Source of the DNA: Isurus oxyrinchus
Taxonomy: Eukaryota
Direction: 5' to 3'
DNA: 64,000 bases
Assembly (NCBI GenBank): GCA_026770705.1
Contig: JANJGN010000012.1
Span: 22,382,001 to 22,446,000 of the forward strand
The translations under genes were made by a program, and so were the position numbers. This document shows, piece after piece, positions 27,601-39,738 of this stretch. The notes beneath the pieces were generated by a model that saw only the letters and a program-made list of their open reading frames with translations, searched no databases and was not told where the DNA came from. How positions within the stretch are numbered: position 1 is the stretch's first letter; every line of letters starts with the position of its first letter.

Positions 27601-28208
27601 ACACATTGCAAGTGATAACGCATTGCAAGTGATAATGCATTGTGAGTCATAATGCATTGCAAGTGATAATGCATTGTGAGTCATAACGCATTGCGAGTGA
27701 TAACACATTGTGAGTCATTACGCTTTGTGAGTGATAATGCATTGTGAGTCATAATGCTTTGTGAGTCATAACGCATTGCGAGTGATAACGCATTGCGAGC
27801 AATAACTCATTGCGAGTGATAATGCATTGTGAGTCATAACGCTTTGTGAGTCATAACGCATTGCGAGTGATAATGCATTGTGAGTCATAACGCTTTGTGA
27901 GTCATAACGCATTGCGAGTGATAATGCATTGTGAGTCATAATGCATTGTGAGAGATTTTGCATTGTGAGTCATAATGTATTGCGAGTGATAATGCATTGT
28001 GAGTCATAATGCATTGTGAGAGATTTTGCATTGTGAGTCATAATGTATTGCGAGTGATAACACATTGTGAGTCATAACGCATTGTGAGTCATAACGCATT
28101 GTGAGTCATAATGCATTGCGAGCAATAACTCATTGCGAGTGATAATGCATTATGAGTCATAACACATTACGAGTGATAATGTATTGTGAGTGATAATGCA
28201 TTGTGAGT
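9700..28208. repeat. 17-bp tandem satellite/minisatellite array, consensus AAYGCATTGYGAGTSAT, roughly 1,090 units
   Basis: Continuous visible 17-bp periodicity over ~18.5 kb with occasional 15-16 bp units; unit count estimated as length/17. Confidence 0.98.
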
Positions 28209-28410
28209 AACAGCAGAGTAATAAAGACTAGATGATCTGTTTTTAATGTCAGTTGAGGGATAAATACTGTCCAGGACATCAGGGAGAAGTTCCCTGATCT
28301 TCTTCAAAATAGTGCCATCGGATCTTTTAACTTCACTTGGGACGGAGTCTGTGTCTAACGATTCATCTGAGACAGCACCTCCAATAGTGCAGCACCTCCT
28401 CAGTACAGAT
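28209..28410 (-). mobile_element. Deu-domain SINE fragment abutting the array
   Basis: 'aacagca...atctgttttt...gttgagggataaatactgtccaggaca...cttcttcaaaatagtgccatcggatctttt'. Confidence 0.75.
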
Positions 28411-28869
28411 ATGTCACTTATGAGTTTTGTTGCGACTGTTTACCCAAGGCAGCAACTGCGAGACATCACAGGCTGGAAAGTACATTGCAGAGGGATAAAG
28501 AATTGAAAACCTTACCCCCGCAGCTTGGGATGGACAATAAATGTTGGCCTTGCCAGTGATGCCCACATCCTCAGAATTAATTTTTTTATTAAATTACATC
28601 TCAGTAGGATCATCTGCTTCTTTTCCAGACTGTAGTGTGTATGCCTCTTCACATGTTCTTTGCAGGGAACATGTCTTAAGAACGTTACTGGCAGAACACA
28701 AGCTGTAGTCTGTGTTTGGTGATAACAACACATAGCAATCTGTCCTCTATTGTTCATGGGGAACATTGCTTAAGCTACTTCCCTCTGACACACTTCTCTC
28801 TCAGCCCAAATAAGATTGCAAGTGGCAAGAAACCTCAAACAAGAGGGCCAATGGGATTCAGGATTGCAT

Positions 28870-29390
28870 ATGTAGGGGCCCTGATTACAACTGCAAGGAG
28901 TTGAGAGTAAAGTTTGTGCAACATACTTATTGGCATAAAAATTGAGCAATGCATTCAACTTTGGGAAGCTCATTACAGAAAAGGACATTGGAGCTTTGGA
29001 AAAAAAGGCACAGATTCGTTAGAAGGGTTGGAAGATGAGATCATTAAGAAGGACTTCAAGATCTAAGTCTGTGTTCACTGGAGCAGGGAAGGTTTAAGGG
29101 GGGATGTAATGGGGCATTCAAAATAAGAGAAGTAATTGTGAAAATTTACTTCCGCTGGCCTGTGAATTGATAATGAAGGAGCATTAAACTGAGGATTAGT
29201 AATGGGTGCATAAAGGGGAACGTTAAAAGGGATATCTTCATACTAAGAATTATTCATTTGAATTCATTGCTGTGTGTGGTGTGGAAGCCAACCTAATCAC
29301 AATAAAAAGAAATTAGATAAACAGTCAAAGATGAGAAATGTCAAAGACTATGAGAGAAGACAGAAAAATAGGATTAGAGGAAATGGCTGT
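28870..29390 (+). mobile_element. Highly decayed CR1 3' fragment
   Basis: 'cattacagaaaaggacattggagctttgga' and 'tgttcactggagcagggaaggtttaaggggggatgtaat' resemble the CR1 RT end. Confidence 0.6.
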
Positions 29391-29909
29391 AATGGGAGAC
29401 TCAGCACCAACACCAACAACATCACTAGCACTATCATCAGCATCAATACTGGCACCAGTGTTCCTGTCTAGGTAGCCAGTTGGTGAAGATTAGAAGTAGG
29501 CCCAAAGTTTATTCAATCTTGCATTTGTTTATAGGGTTAAGCATTTCAAGCGTATGCCTCCTAACTCAACCACACTACAACATCAATAAGTGCCCTTTTT
29601 TATATGCTCAAATGAAATTCAGTTAGCACCCACTACCTGTATACAATTCGTTAGGAACTAAAGATAGGTTAAATAAGTTATATTTGTATTTTTGGTGTTA
29701 GGAGTGAGTTTTAGCTTTAAGTTTAAGTTTAATTTGTGTTTCTGTATTGGTGCTAAGAAAGGGGGGAGCTTAAGTTTTAGTTTCATTTTAAACAAATGCC
29801 TGCAAGTCCATGGGTTTGTTTATGTGCCTCATTGTGGCAGACGATGTGTGCCAAGCAGATCAAATCCACAAGGGAGACTGGATCATGCAGTTGCAATGAT
29901 TTTGCAATT

Positions 29910-30693
29910 TGTATTTTATTTTGAGGTGCACGCCTGAATTCATAAGTAATAAGTCTACCAAGACTTCAGAGATTTTTAGAAAACTAAATTAAACCAAAAT
30001 AAAAAATTTCAAGCACATACATAGGTCTACAAATTACTACTATAATAACTCCTAAAACCCCTATTTAATCTGGCTTCCAGTTACTCCCCTGTTAAGGCAA
30101 CAGTAAAAAAAATATATAGGTTTTAAACAGATCCAGGGAAGTCAACACAATACCCTGGAGAATAGAATTCAAAGTAGCTTTTCCCAGCTTCAGTTTCTGT
30201 AGACACAGACTCAATGCACAAATACTGGAGGCTTTTCACACTTCTGGTAGATCTTGCAATGCTTTATCTGACACATAGTTTCTTCTCCTTTATACATGTT
30301 TCTCCCTTTTAATGTAAATCCTATTGTTCCCATATGTCTTTGGAACTTTACCTTTCTCATAATATAAATCTTTTAATGGTACTAATATTATCAGAAACCT
30401 TTGTGAGAAATAAACACACTGCTTGGCCTAGCTTCTCTGGTTAGGTGTAACACCCTAACATCTCTTTGAAATTTCAACTACTCTGATTTATCTAAAAATG
30501 CTAACTCTCCTCACCTCACATTCTAAGACTTCGGCCATGTATTTAGCATTTCAAACCTAGCTTCTTTTGGTGAGTCAAAGTCTCCAGACCAGCTATCTCC
30601 AATTCAAGTAAATCCCACACATAGAAACTATCCAAACCCCACTATTACAATAAATCACAATAACATTATGAGAATTATTATACTTTCCTGACA
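29910..30693 (-). mobile_element. LTR-like repeat copy A
   Basis: Reverse complement starts TGTCAGGAAAGTATAATAATTCTCATAAT; homologous to 31656-32265. Confidence 0.55.
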
Positions 30694-31655
30694 ACCTGCA
30701 ATTCTAATGAGGTTTTATGACTCTTGAAGTAGAAAAGCTGGGCTGTTGCCTACCAACAGAAAGCCCACAGAGACAGAGAAGAACTGAAAAATAGTTTCAG
30801 TTCAGTTGAAACCAGGAGCCAGGAGAGGCTGGACATAGCAGAGGGAACTGCAGAGAGAGCAGATTCCCCAAAGAAACCGAGAGATCCCAAAGCCAAGGAG
30901 TGAGGTAGAAAAGAGGGGTCTCAAGAAGACCTTCTAGTCAAAGGAAAAGAACAGGGATCTGGAAAAGGTCCTGTTAAGTGGAGCTAAGAGTAAGAAGCAG
31001 AGGAAGGCTCCAAGCTTAAAGGGAGAAATATGCAGAATGCAGACTTAAAGCAAAATATGAGAAGCCAGAAGATCCAAGGAGGCAACCAAAGGTTGGTGAT
31101 TTCTCTCTATGGGCATGTGAAGCAGTGGTGTTCTGTTGGCATGCCTGAGTATCTGAAAGAGAGTGAGTGGAAGGCAAAGCCTGATGCATGTGGTAATCCA
31201 GGGGACAGGAACATTGGAAAGAGAGTTCAAAACCCTGGAGGTGGACCCTTGTGGGAGGGGTCTGAGAGAAAGTATCACTTGAGAGAACATTCCAAAGTGG
31301 GTTCTTCAAGAATGAAGATTGGAAACCCTCATGTGCAAGAAGAAGTTCAGTGAGACCGGTTGGCTCACAGTATGACAAGCATCTTGGAGGAGTTGATAAG
31401 AGATCCATAGCATCTGTTTAGGGTGGCATTTGTCACTTGGTTTCAGAGTGTGGTGTGTCTGACTACAGTCACCTATTGGTTTACATGGACTGTTTACTTA
31501 CTGTGAGCATTAAGGTATAGATAGCTTTTGTAACTTGTGTTATCCCTGCAAATCTATATACATCTGTAAAGGTATAGTTGTGGGTGTAGGAGTAACATAA
31601 TATAGTTCATCCCTTCTTGTTTAATAAATGTTTTATTCTTTTATTAAAAGTTCAT

Positions 31656-32265
31656 CACGCCATGAGAGTATAATAATTTTCATAATAGTTTTCAGATTTA
31701 TTGTAAAGTAGGTCTATGGGAGGTTGTATTGTTCTGTCTGTATGTGTGATTTAATTACATTTTGTAGCCAAGACTGCAAGTTGAAGTTATCAAAAGAATT
31801 AAGGTGTAGAAGTGTGTCTTTAATATGCTATTGAGTAAACAAGGTTGGGTCTTAGCATGTAAGTTGTAAAGGAAATATACATTTTTAGATAGATGAACGT
31901 GAATTTGGTTTTCAAAGGGATCTCTGTTTGTTTACAAATAGCCAGATGAGCAAGTTAAGAAGTGTTTATTTTTCTCAAGGGTTATTGACAATATATAATT
32001 GCAAACGAAAAGATTCATAATATGAGAAAGGTCAAGTTCCAAAGACATATGGAAACAATGGAGTTTACATATTAAAAAGGGAGAAATATACATAAAGGAG
32101 AATGAGGTTGTGTGTCACCTCTGGTGAAGGCATTGTAAGATCTAACAGAAGAGTGCGAAGCCTCCAGTGTTTGTGCATAAGCCTGCTGTCTGCAGAAACT
32201 GAATCTGGAGAGAGCCATTTTGAATTCTACTGTCCGGGGTATTGTGTTGCTTTGCTGGATCTGTT
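31656..32265 (+). mobile_element. LTR-like repeat copy B (truncated)
   Basis: Starts CGCCATGAGAGTATAATAATTTTCATAAT; shares 'atgagaaagg..aagttccaaagacatatgg' with copy A. Confidence 0.55.
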
Positions 32266-32460
32266 TATCAGCATTAATACCAACACAAACATTGGCAGCA
32301 GCACTGACACCAATGCCAAGAATAGCATCATCATCTGTACTGGCACCAACAACACTGCTACCACCAGCTGATCATCAGCTCTGATACCAGGACCAACATT
32401 AAGACTGGTACTGATACCATCACTGATACCATCACTGACACCAAGATCAACATTGGCTCC
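32266..32460. repeat. Degenerate ACC/ATC/AGC-rich low-complexity tract
   Basis: Includes actgataccatc repeats; a matching piece lies at 29400-29458. Confidence 0.6.
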
Positions 32461-33117
32461 TAATGCGCTTCCTTTAGTGCTGAGATTTCAATATTCTCTT
32501 ACAGAAAATTAGTTGAAAGTACAGAAATCAAGTTTAAGTAAGATTAAGTAATGTTTGAATACAAATAAGCAGAATGAAACATCTACAGAAATTGGTATTT
32601 ATTCAGTGCGAAAATATCATAGGAATTAATATGAATATGTAATTGCAGCAGATGTTTTAAAATTCAACTATTGCTAAATATTCATGTATGATAATATGGC
32701 TACACAGCAGAAATTCAACTAAGTGCAAAAGAGTTTCTCTAAAGCTGCTTTATTTTTAATCGCCTTTCCAGGGATAATTTCAAAACTCATCAACTTTCTG
32801 CTATTCTTTGATTGGAAGAATCTAATACCGGTTAAAAATACAGAATTAAAAACAGAAGAGTCTGGGAACACAGAGCAGGTCATGTGGCATCTGAAAGGGA
32901 ACAGACGAGGTCGGAATGAACTTTTCCCTCAGAACCCATTTGACGCCTAAAAGAAAAGCGTGTTGATGTTCATCCACTTATGGCATGGTTGAGATTGGAG
33001 GTGAACTTAGGGTCCTGCACTGCTGGGGCGTAAAATTGACCTGATGAAACTGGGAAGAGATGGAGGCTGAGGGTGAACGAATTAGAAGCTGCACATGATG
33101 GGGAAGGAGAAAGACAG

Positions 33118-33400
33118 CAAGAGCTTGCATTTATGTAGTGCCTTTCACAACCTCAGGATAGCCAAATTGCTTTGCAACCAATGAAATACTTTTGAAGTGC
33201 AGTCAGTGCTCTATTGCATGAAATGTGGGAGCCCATTTTTGCACAGCAAGCTCAATAAAACATCAGTGTGATAGTGACCAGATAATCTGTATTTTTAGCA
33301 AGGTTGGTTGAGGGATAAATGCTATCTGAGACACTGGGGAGAACTTACCCCTGATTTTCTTTGAAGTAATGATGTTGGGACCCTTTACACCATTAAAGAG
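33118..33400 (-). mobile_element. Deu-domain SINE
   Basis: 'cttgcatttatgtagtgcctttcacaacctcagga...gaccagataatctg...ggttgagggataaat'. Confidence 0.8.
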
Positions 33401-33649
33401 GACAGAACAAATTTCACAAACTAGCACCTAAAGCGCACTAAGAGCACGAAGGATACGGGCACAGAGCGATTGAATCATTACAGCACAGAAAGAGGCCATT
33501 TGGCCAATGAAATCCATGCCAGAGGTTGACATGTCCTAATTTTCCATTCACTATTTTTAATAAGTGGAAGATGGTGCTGTCAGATCCCTGTCTGAGCTTC
33601 CAGTGTAAGCCCCCGCTGTGTGAAACTCTGTAGCGGGAATTTTAAATCA

Positions 33650-35245
33650 TAAAATAAGGTGTTATCATGGATTGGTTAGCTAACAGGAAGCGGAGAGTAA
33701 GCAAAAATGGGTCATTTTCAAATTGACAAGCTGCAACCAGCAGAATGCCACAGGGATCAGTGCTGGTGCCTCAACTATTTACAATTTATATCAATAACTT
33801 TGCTGATGACACAAAGATAGGTAGGAAAGTAATTTGTGAAGGGGACATAAAGAGTCTGCAAAGGAATGTAGATAGGTCAAATGAGTGAGCACAAATTTGG
33901 CAGATGGAGTATAATTTGAGAAAATGTGAACTTGTTCACTTTGGCAGGAAGAATAGAAAAGCAGCATACAATTTAAATGGAAAGAGATTGCAGAACTCTG
34001 CAGTACAGAGTGATCTAGTTGTCCTGGTACATTAATCACAAAATATTAGAATGTCATTGCAGGAAGTGATTAGGAAAGCAAAAGGAATGTTGGCATTTTT
34101 TGCAAGGAGAAAGAAATATAAAAGTATTTCTTCTCAAGGGCAACTAGGGATGGGCAATAAATGTTGGTCCAGCCAGCGAAGCCCACATCCCGTGAATGAA
34201 TTTTTTAAAAAGTAGGGATGCTTTGCTACAGTTGTACAGAGCTTAGGTGAGACCACAGCTGGAGTACTGTGTGCAGTTTTGGTCTCCTTACTTGAGAAAG
34301 GATAAAATAGTATCAGAAGTAGTTCAGAAAAGGTTCACTCGACTGATTCCCTGGATGAAGGGGTTGTCTTGTGAGTGTTACTGACAGGAAAGGGGTTAAT
34401 TTAAACGGCAATAATTTCTCCTCTCATCATCTGTGCATAAACAGAAAGATGTTTCAATTTACTTCCCCCTTTATAAACAGTGGCATATTTCCCAACCCCT
34501 CAATTTTGGTGTGATCCAATTTTCTATTAATAACCCCACAGCAAACTCGAGGTAGGATGAACTCAAAGGGTTAGTTTATTGCACACATTCAAAATGTGTA
34601 AGGAAGGTCACAACGTAGCTTCCATACTCAAATAGTAAACAAAGGGATAGAGAAAAGAAGGTTTCACAGAACAGAGACCACAGAGAAAATAAATATTTTT
34701 TCATGAGTTCACAGAACGGCTGAAAACCGATGTTGTAGATCTCATTTTTCTCGTGGTGCGGATTTCACACAATGAGATAGGCATGGAGAGATGAATCAAT
34801 CTTGTGGACAATGGCACAGAACTTCCAACAGAAGCAGCGTAGGTGGGGCCACGTGTACAACCTGGGCAGAGCTCCTTTTCTGTGAGACTGCGAGATGGTA
34901 ATCAGCAGACTGAACTTTTCAGTTCAGCAAGGCAATATTATTTGTTCCACAAGTCAGAGGCCCATGTCATATGACTCCCACCTCTCCATCATCTTTGACA
35001 AAGGATGTGCATCATCATCTTTTCCTAAAACTGCCCAGTAGCTTCTGTTTTTCAGGAGTCACGTATAGACAAAGGTTCCACCATTTCAAAGGTCTTTGCT
35101 CAATTTTAAAATTTTAGATATAGCAATGCACCTACTGACACATATTTCATAAAAATATAGAGCATGGGGTCTTAGTTCCTCACATGAGGAGAGGCCGGAC
35201 AGGTTGGGCCATTAGTGTTTAGAAGAACAAGATGATCTTATTCAT
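33650..35245 (+). mobile_element. CR1 RT fragment, interrupted by a LINE tail (34128-34207) and a solo LTR
   Basis: PQGSVL.P.LF, FADDTK and [12 protein letters not shown] motifs recognisable; the CR1 resumes at 35185. Confidence 0.85.
34376..35184 (-). mobile_element. Solo LTR (Gypsy-type), 809 bp, 4-bp TSD TGAG
   Basis: TGT...ACA ends; TGAG at 34372-34375 and 35185-35188; excision restores the CR1 sequence 'gggttgtcttgtgaggagagg'. Strand inferred from AATAAA. Confidence 0.8.
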
Positions 35246-36035
35246 GGAGTTTTTGGCTTGAATGCTCACCAGCCTGCTGCAGGGAGGCTCCTGTACTGAG
35301 CTGGCTGCCTCTGCAATTGGCAAGGGGAGCCATTCTGCCAAAGGCAAAACAATAGCATGCCGGCAAAGTCGTACCCGATTGGGTCCGTGGTCAGCTTGAT
35401 TGGCTACCTGCCTCTGTGGTCCACGGAAACCTCCCCGATGGTGGGAATGCCTTGGACAGGTTTCCGTGGATGGGTGGGAACCACAGAGGTGGGAAGCCAA
35501 TCAAGCTGGCTTTACAGGCACGCCACCAATTTGCTGTCGGCAGACCGGCTCCCCTTGTCACGTGCAGAGGCGGCTGGCTCATTGCAGCAGGCCGGGGTGC
35601 ATTGGAGCCCAAAAGCTCCACATCCCATGTAGACAGGAAAGGCCTCGCCTGCTGCCCAAACAATGAACCCGAAGGCCAGGGCCAGGGGGGCTGGTTAGGG
35701 TTAGCTTCACTGCTCATAATTTTTAACTCTTAATCCACGCCTCCAAGGGAACCTCCATGTTGAGGTGCCCCCGTGGTCCTCAACCTGTCTCAGTAGCGCC
35801 CACCTCTCCTGGTGGGGCTACTGAGGCTCCAGAGCTGCCAATCCCCTGACTGAGCCAGAAGCATCAAGAGCCCACCTGCCCTCCTTAATAGGTCGGCGAG
35901 GGCAGAAATGGCCACTTAGGAGCCCGCCTCCATGAAGATTGCGGTGTCGGGTGCGCTGTTGGTAAGTGTGGGCTCAGGACCCCCAATTGGTCCTGTCATC
36001 GGAGTCCCGAAGCCTGTGAGAAATGCCCGGCCAAT
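35245..36035. mobile_element. Decayed GC-rich MITE-like element
   Basis: Internal blocks ('agagctgcc....ctga', 'tggccactta.g') are shared with the other MITEs; termini are poor. Confidence 0.45.
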
Positions 36036-36554
36036 GGAAAATGAAAGTGGGGGGACTGGGGAGGGAACTTAGGGGAAAAGACTTCCTTTCTCCCCTTTTG
36101 TTCATCTGCTGACTTCAGTTGTTTCATATTGCAGTCAAGTACATCAGTAGTTAATGATTTTCCTATCGCCTGCCCAGACGTGCTTTATTTTGTATTTTAC
36201 TACTAATGAAGCATTGCACTACACCAGCTGTGTCTGACTGCTGCCTGTCCAACCCAGAGCAATCACTCAGGCTCTGGGATCCTGTCCTGTAGCACTTTGG
36301 TTTTCAATGCAGTTTTCGATGGTGATTGACACACAGGGTAGGACTTTCCCACCAGCTTCGGAACCCCAGTGTTGGGATCAAATGGAGGTCCTAAGCTTGC
36401 ACTTATCGGGAGCTCCCTCTTTGAGGAAAGGAGCCTCCATCTCCAACAACCCTGCAGCGGAGGTGGTGGCCTTGGGTCCATGGAGCAGGCAGCCAATCCA
36501 GGTGCCCACCCCTGGGAAACCTCCATGGGCAACGGGTATGCATCATGTTCTGTT

Positions 36555-37225
36555 TGTGGGATTGGATACAAAAGTAGGGAGGTTATGCTTCAGTTACACA
36601 GAGCACTAGTGAGACCCCTTTTGGAGTACGGTGTACAGTATTGGTCACCTTTTAAGGAAGGATGTATATGTGTTGGAAGCAGTTCAGAGAAGGTTTATCT
36701 CTGTTTTTCTCTCCATAGATGCCATCAGACCTGCTGAGTGTTCCAGTATTTTCTCTTTTTGCCAGACTAATACCTGGAATGGGAAGGTTGCCTTATGAGG
36801 AAAGGTTGGACAGACTAGGCTGGTATCTGTTAGAGTTTAGAAGAGTAAGAAGCGACTTGATTGAAATATATAAGATCCTGAGGGGACTTGCCAGGGTGGA
36901 TGTGGAGAGGTTGTTTCCTCTTGTGGGAGAAGCTAGAGCTAAGGGTCACTGTTTAAAAATAAGGGGTCGCCCATTTAAAATGGAGATGAGGCAAAACATT
37001 TTCTCTTAGGGGGTTGTGAGTCTTTGGAACTCTCTTCCTGAAAAGGCGGTGGAAGCAAAGTTTTTAAGGTAGAGGTGAATAGATTCGTGGTAAGCAAGGG
37101 GCTGATAGGCTGTCGGGGGTAGGCGGGATGCAGTTTGAGGTTCCTATCAGATCAGCCATGATTTTATTAAATGGCGAAGCAGGCTCGAGGGGCCGAATGG
37201 TCTACTCCTTGTTCATATGTTCATA
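36555..37225 (+). mobile_element. CR1 3' fragment with a small Penelope-terminal insert (36695-36760)
   Basis: YKSREVMLQL.RALVRP.LEY.VQ.WSP and RLIPGM..L.YEERL..LG...LEFRR motifs, followed by the 3' UTR. Confidence 0.9.
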
Positions 37226-37334
37226 TGTAATGCCTGTTTTGGGGATCCTGCTGTGCCGGTGTGCTTCTATTAACTCATTGAGGAAGCTTCAAAGAGATGG
37301 CATCACCATTAAGTGTCATCACTCTCACCTCTGA

Positions 37335-37600
37335 CCCAGGAAAGATAAGGGTTTGAGCCTCCATTGCGGGACTTGAGCACAAAATGCATTCCCACACTCT
37401 AGCGCCCTCCTGAGCTGCACAGTTGAATGCGCCATCTTTCAGGTGAGGTGTTTAATGAAGATTTTGTCTGCCTTTTATGATGGATGGAGTAGATACTATT
37501 TTAAAGAGGAATGTGGAGTTCTTTTCATGTACTGGCCAATATTTTTCTCTCACTTAACATCAACCAGTTCTCATCTGTGAGATCTGGATCACTGTCTTAT
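37335..37600 (+). mobile_element. Deu-domain SINE fragment
   Basis: 'gggtttgagcc...gacttgagcacaaaat...gccatctttcaggtgagg'. Confidence 0.65.
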
Positions 37601-37919
37601 TTGCTCTCTCGCCTTTGGTTCAGAAGGTCATGGGTTCAAATCCAACTCCAGTGGCAGAGTTTTCAGTTCGGCAGGCGGGCAGTGTTGGCAGGCCTGGGAT
37701 CGGCCGGGAAACGGACCACCACCCACAATCGGCCCCCGACTGCGATTTCACGCCGGCGGGTCAATTGAAGGCCTGCCCAGCGTGAAACGAGGCTCCTCGC
37801 TGGTCGAGATGGCTAGACGGGGTCCTGTTGGCCTCCAGATGCAATGGTGACCTGGCCTAGGCAGCCCCTTGAAGGCTGCCACAGAAGAACGTCCGTTCTG
37901 TGCCTTCAGCATTCAAGTT

Positions 37920-39738
37920 ATGGAGTCGGATGAAGCTGGAGACACCAGGCGGGAGGGCAGGTTGGGTGGGCATTCAGCTGCCCGCTTTTTGGATGAGTGC
38001 CTCGTGGTCTTCCTGGAGGAGGTGGCTGCCAGGAGGGACACACTTGTTCCTGGAGCTGGGAGAAGGAAGACACTGCACCTCACCAAGAGGGATGGGAGGA
38101 GGTTGCAGCGCTGGTTAGCAGCCATGATGTGGCGTGGCACACATGGGTGCAGTGCCGGAAGAGGTTCAATGAACTGCTGCACAGAGGAAGGGTGAGTACC
38201 GTGTTGGCATGGGTCAGTACAGAAGGCACGGCCATCCCCCCACCCCCCGTAGAGCTCAGGGGTGTTAGAGCCTGAGTGCCAACTGTCAATGATGCCAGAG
38301 CTGGCCAAGGGGGTGAGCCCAGCTGCTTGGACAGAGTGTCTTGCGGCTCGAGGGCCACGACTGGGATGTGCCCTGTGAGGTGCTCCTCAGCTGGGGTTGA
38401 CCAGGCTGCAATGGTGTTGCAGGTAGAGAGTGGACTAATCAATGCTCCTCTGTCCTTCCAGGAGAAGCCATAACCAATCAGAGAGGCCACATACAGGCGG
38501 AGGCCCTGCCCAACCTACTGCTGCTGACCTGGTTTGAGCAGGACGCCCTTGAGCTGGAGAGCTGGCCACTCCACGAGCAACCGAGCATGGAGAGGCGGGG
38601 GTGCCAGAGGTGATAGTTTCGGATTGGACAGCCATTCTAGTGTAGTCTCTTTATTGATGGGATCCTCAAACCTGGAGTCCCCATTGATCACTGAAAGACA
38701 ATGGCACCATGATGCAGATCTCCATTGTCTCACCAGGGTGCCTGGCATGCACGGTGACAGTGTGGTGACTTTAACTAAAGGCATGTCCTTCTTCTCCCTT
38801 ACATTCGCCAGCACACACTCACTCTCTGGAGCCCCAAAAGGCCACCCCAAACACTGGAGGACCACGGGGCTTCATTTGCACCTACGTCACACCCACTCTC
38901 TGAACCAGGCACTAGCGCAGATACCAGCACCTCGGTGGGCATTAGATTGGCAGCTAGAATGCAGGTGCACATCGGTGAGGGCACTTCACACTCGCATGAG
39001 GTGCAGGTGGAGGCAGTGAGTGCCCAGGGTGCCAGTATGCAGAGAACTGCTGGGAACCAGGACGATGCTGATTCTAAGGCAGATAATGAGCCTCTGGAAT
39101 CATCCATTAGGTGGCAGATGCGGGATATGTGGGAGGATCTGGCGGATATTCATGAGGATCTGCATGTCATGGTCTCCATTGTGGAGGAGTCCATGGGGAG
39201 CATAATCACTGCATTGACCCTCACGGCTGAGTGCAATGCCTCCTCCATTGAGAAAGTGGTGATTCTCATGGAGAAGCAGTACCAGGAACAGAATCAGGGG
39301 TCCCTGGGATTACGCCTGGACCTGCAAACCCTCACGCAATTGGTCAGTGCCAGTATGGGAGATGGATAAGGCACCCAGTATCCCAGCTAGGGGCCCGTCC
39401 ATCAATGGTGAGCAGGGAGGTCCAGAGCAGCCTCGTATTGGCACACAAGATGTTTGTCGTCTCTGTGGCCTCCTCTCAGGGCACTCTGCATGATGGCAGC
39501 AGCTCCTCCGCCCCTCCACCAGTGACCGTGGCATCTGATGAGACTGTAATGACTGGGGAAATGCCAGCCATGGCATCCCATGGAGGGGCCAGCACAGGCT
39601 CCAATGGCCAGAGGATAATCACCAAGGTCATCAAGGCCATCAAGACGCCAGAGTAAACAGGCAGTCTCCAATGCCGGTGCCAGCGAGCAGGGAGCGCCTA
39701 GGTGCAGCACTCGGGAACATAAGTTAAAGGCACCATGA
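37920..39738 (+). pseudogene. Harbinger Myb/SANT-like (trihelix) DNA-binding protein gene, spliced and frameshifted
   Basis: ARF.DE.L..FLEEV..RRD.L, a frameshift, then W.EVA..VS......TW.QCRKRFNEL. Predicted intron 38192-38461 (GTGAGT...ccttccAG); coiled-coil-like acidic ORF at 38935-39369. The 3' end is approximate. Confidence 0.8.

Larger units (their letters stand above)
29459..32265. mobile_element. Cluster of nested LTR-like fragments
   Basis: AT-rich non-coding block with AATAAA signals; splits a trinucleotide-like tract (29400-29458 / 32266-32460); contains two related copies in opposite orientation. No clear TSD. Confidence 0.45.

Noticed and set aside
9758-27963. Dozens of minus-strand His/Cys-rich ORFs (MHYHSQCIMTHNALSLA repeats) suggesting a metal-binding repeat protein
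   Set aside because: The 17-aa period is simply three 17-bp units. The ORFs occur in all frames, are under 135 aa, and are broken by frequent stops and 15-16 bp units.
9700-28208. CRISPR-like array
   Set aside because: No unique spacers, no cas genes, and a vertebrate repeat context.
31016-31408. Overlapping ORFs of 81-130 aa
   Set aside because: Purine-skewed LTR-like DNA with no gag or pol motifs.
37605-37651. tRNA gene (B-box GGTTCAAATCC)
   Set aside because: It is the head of a SINE that continues after the transposon, and no cloverleaf is evident.
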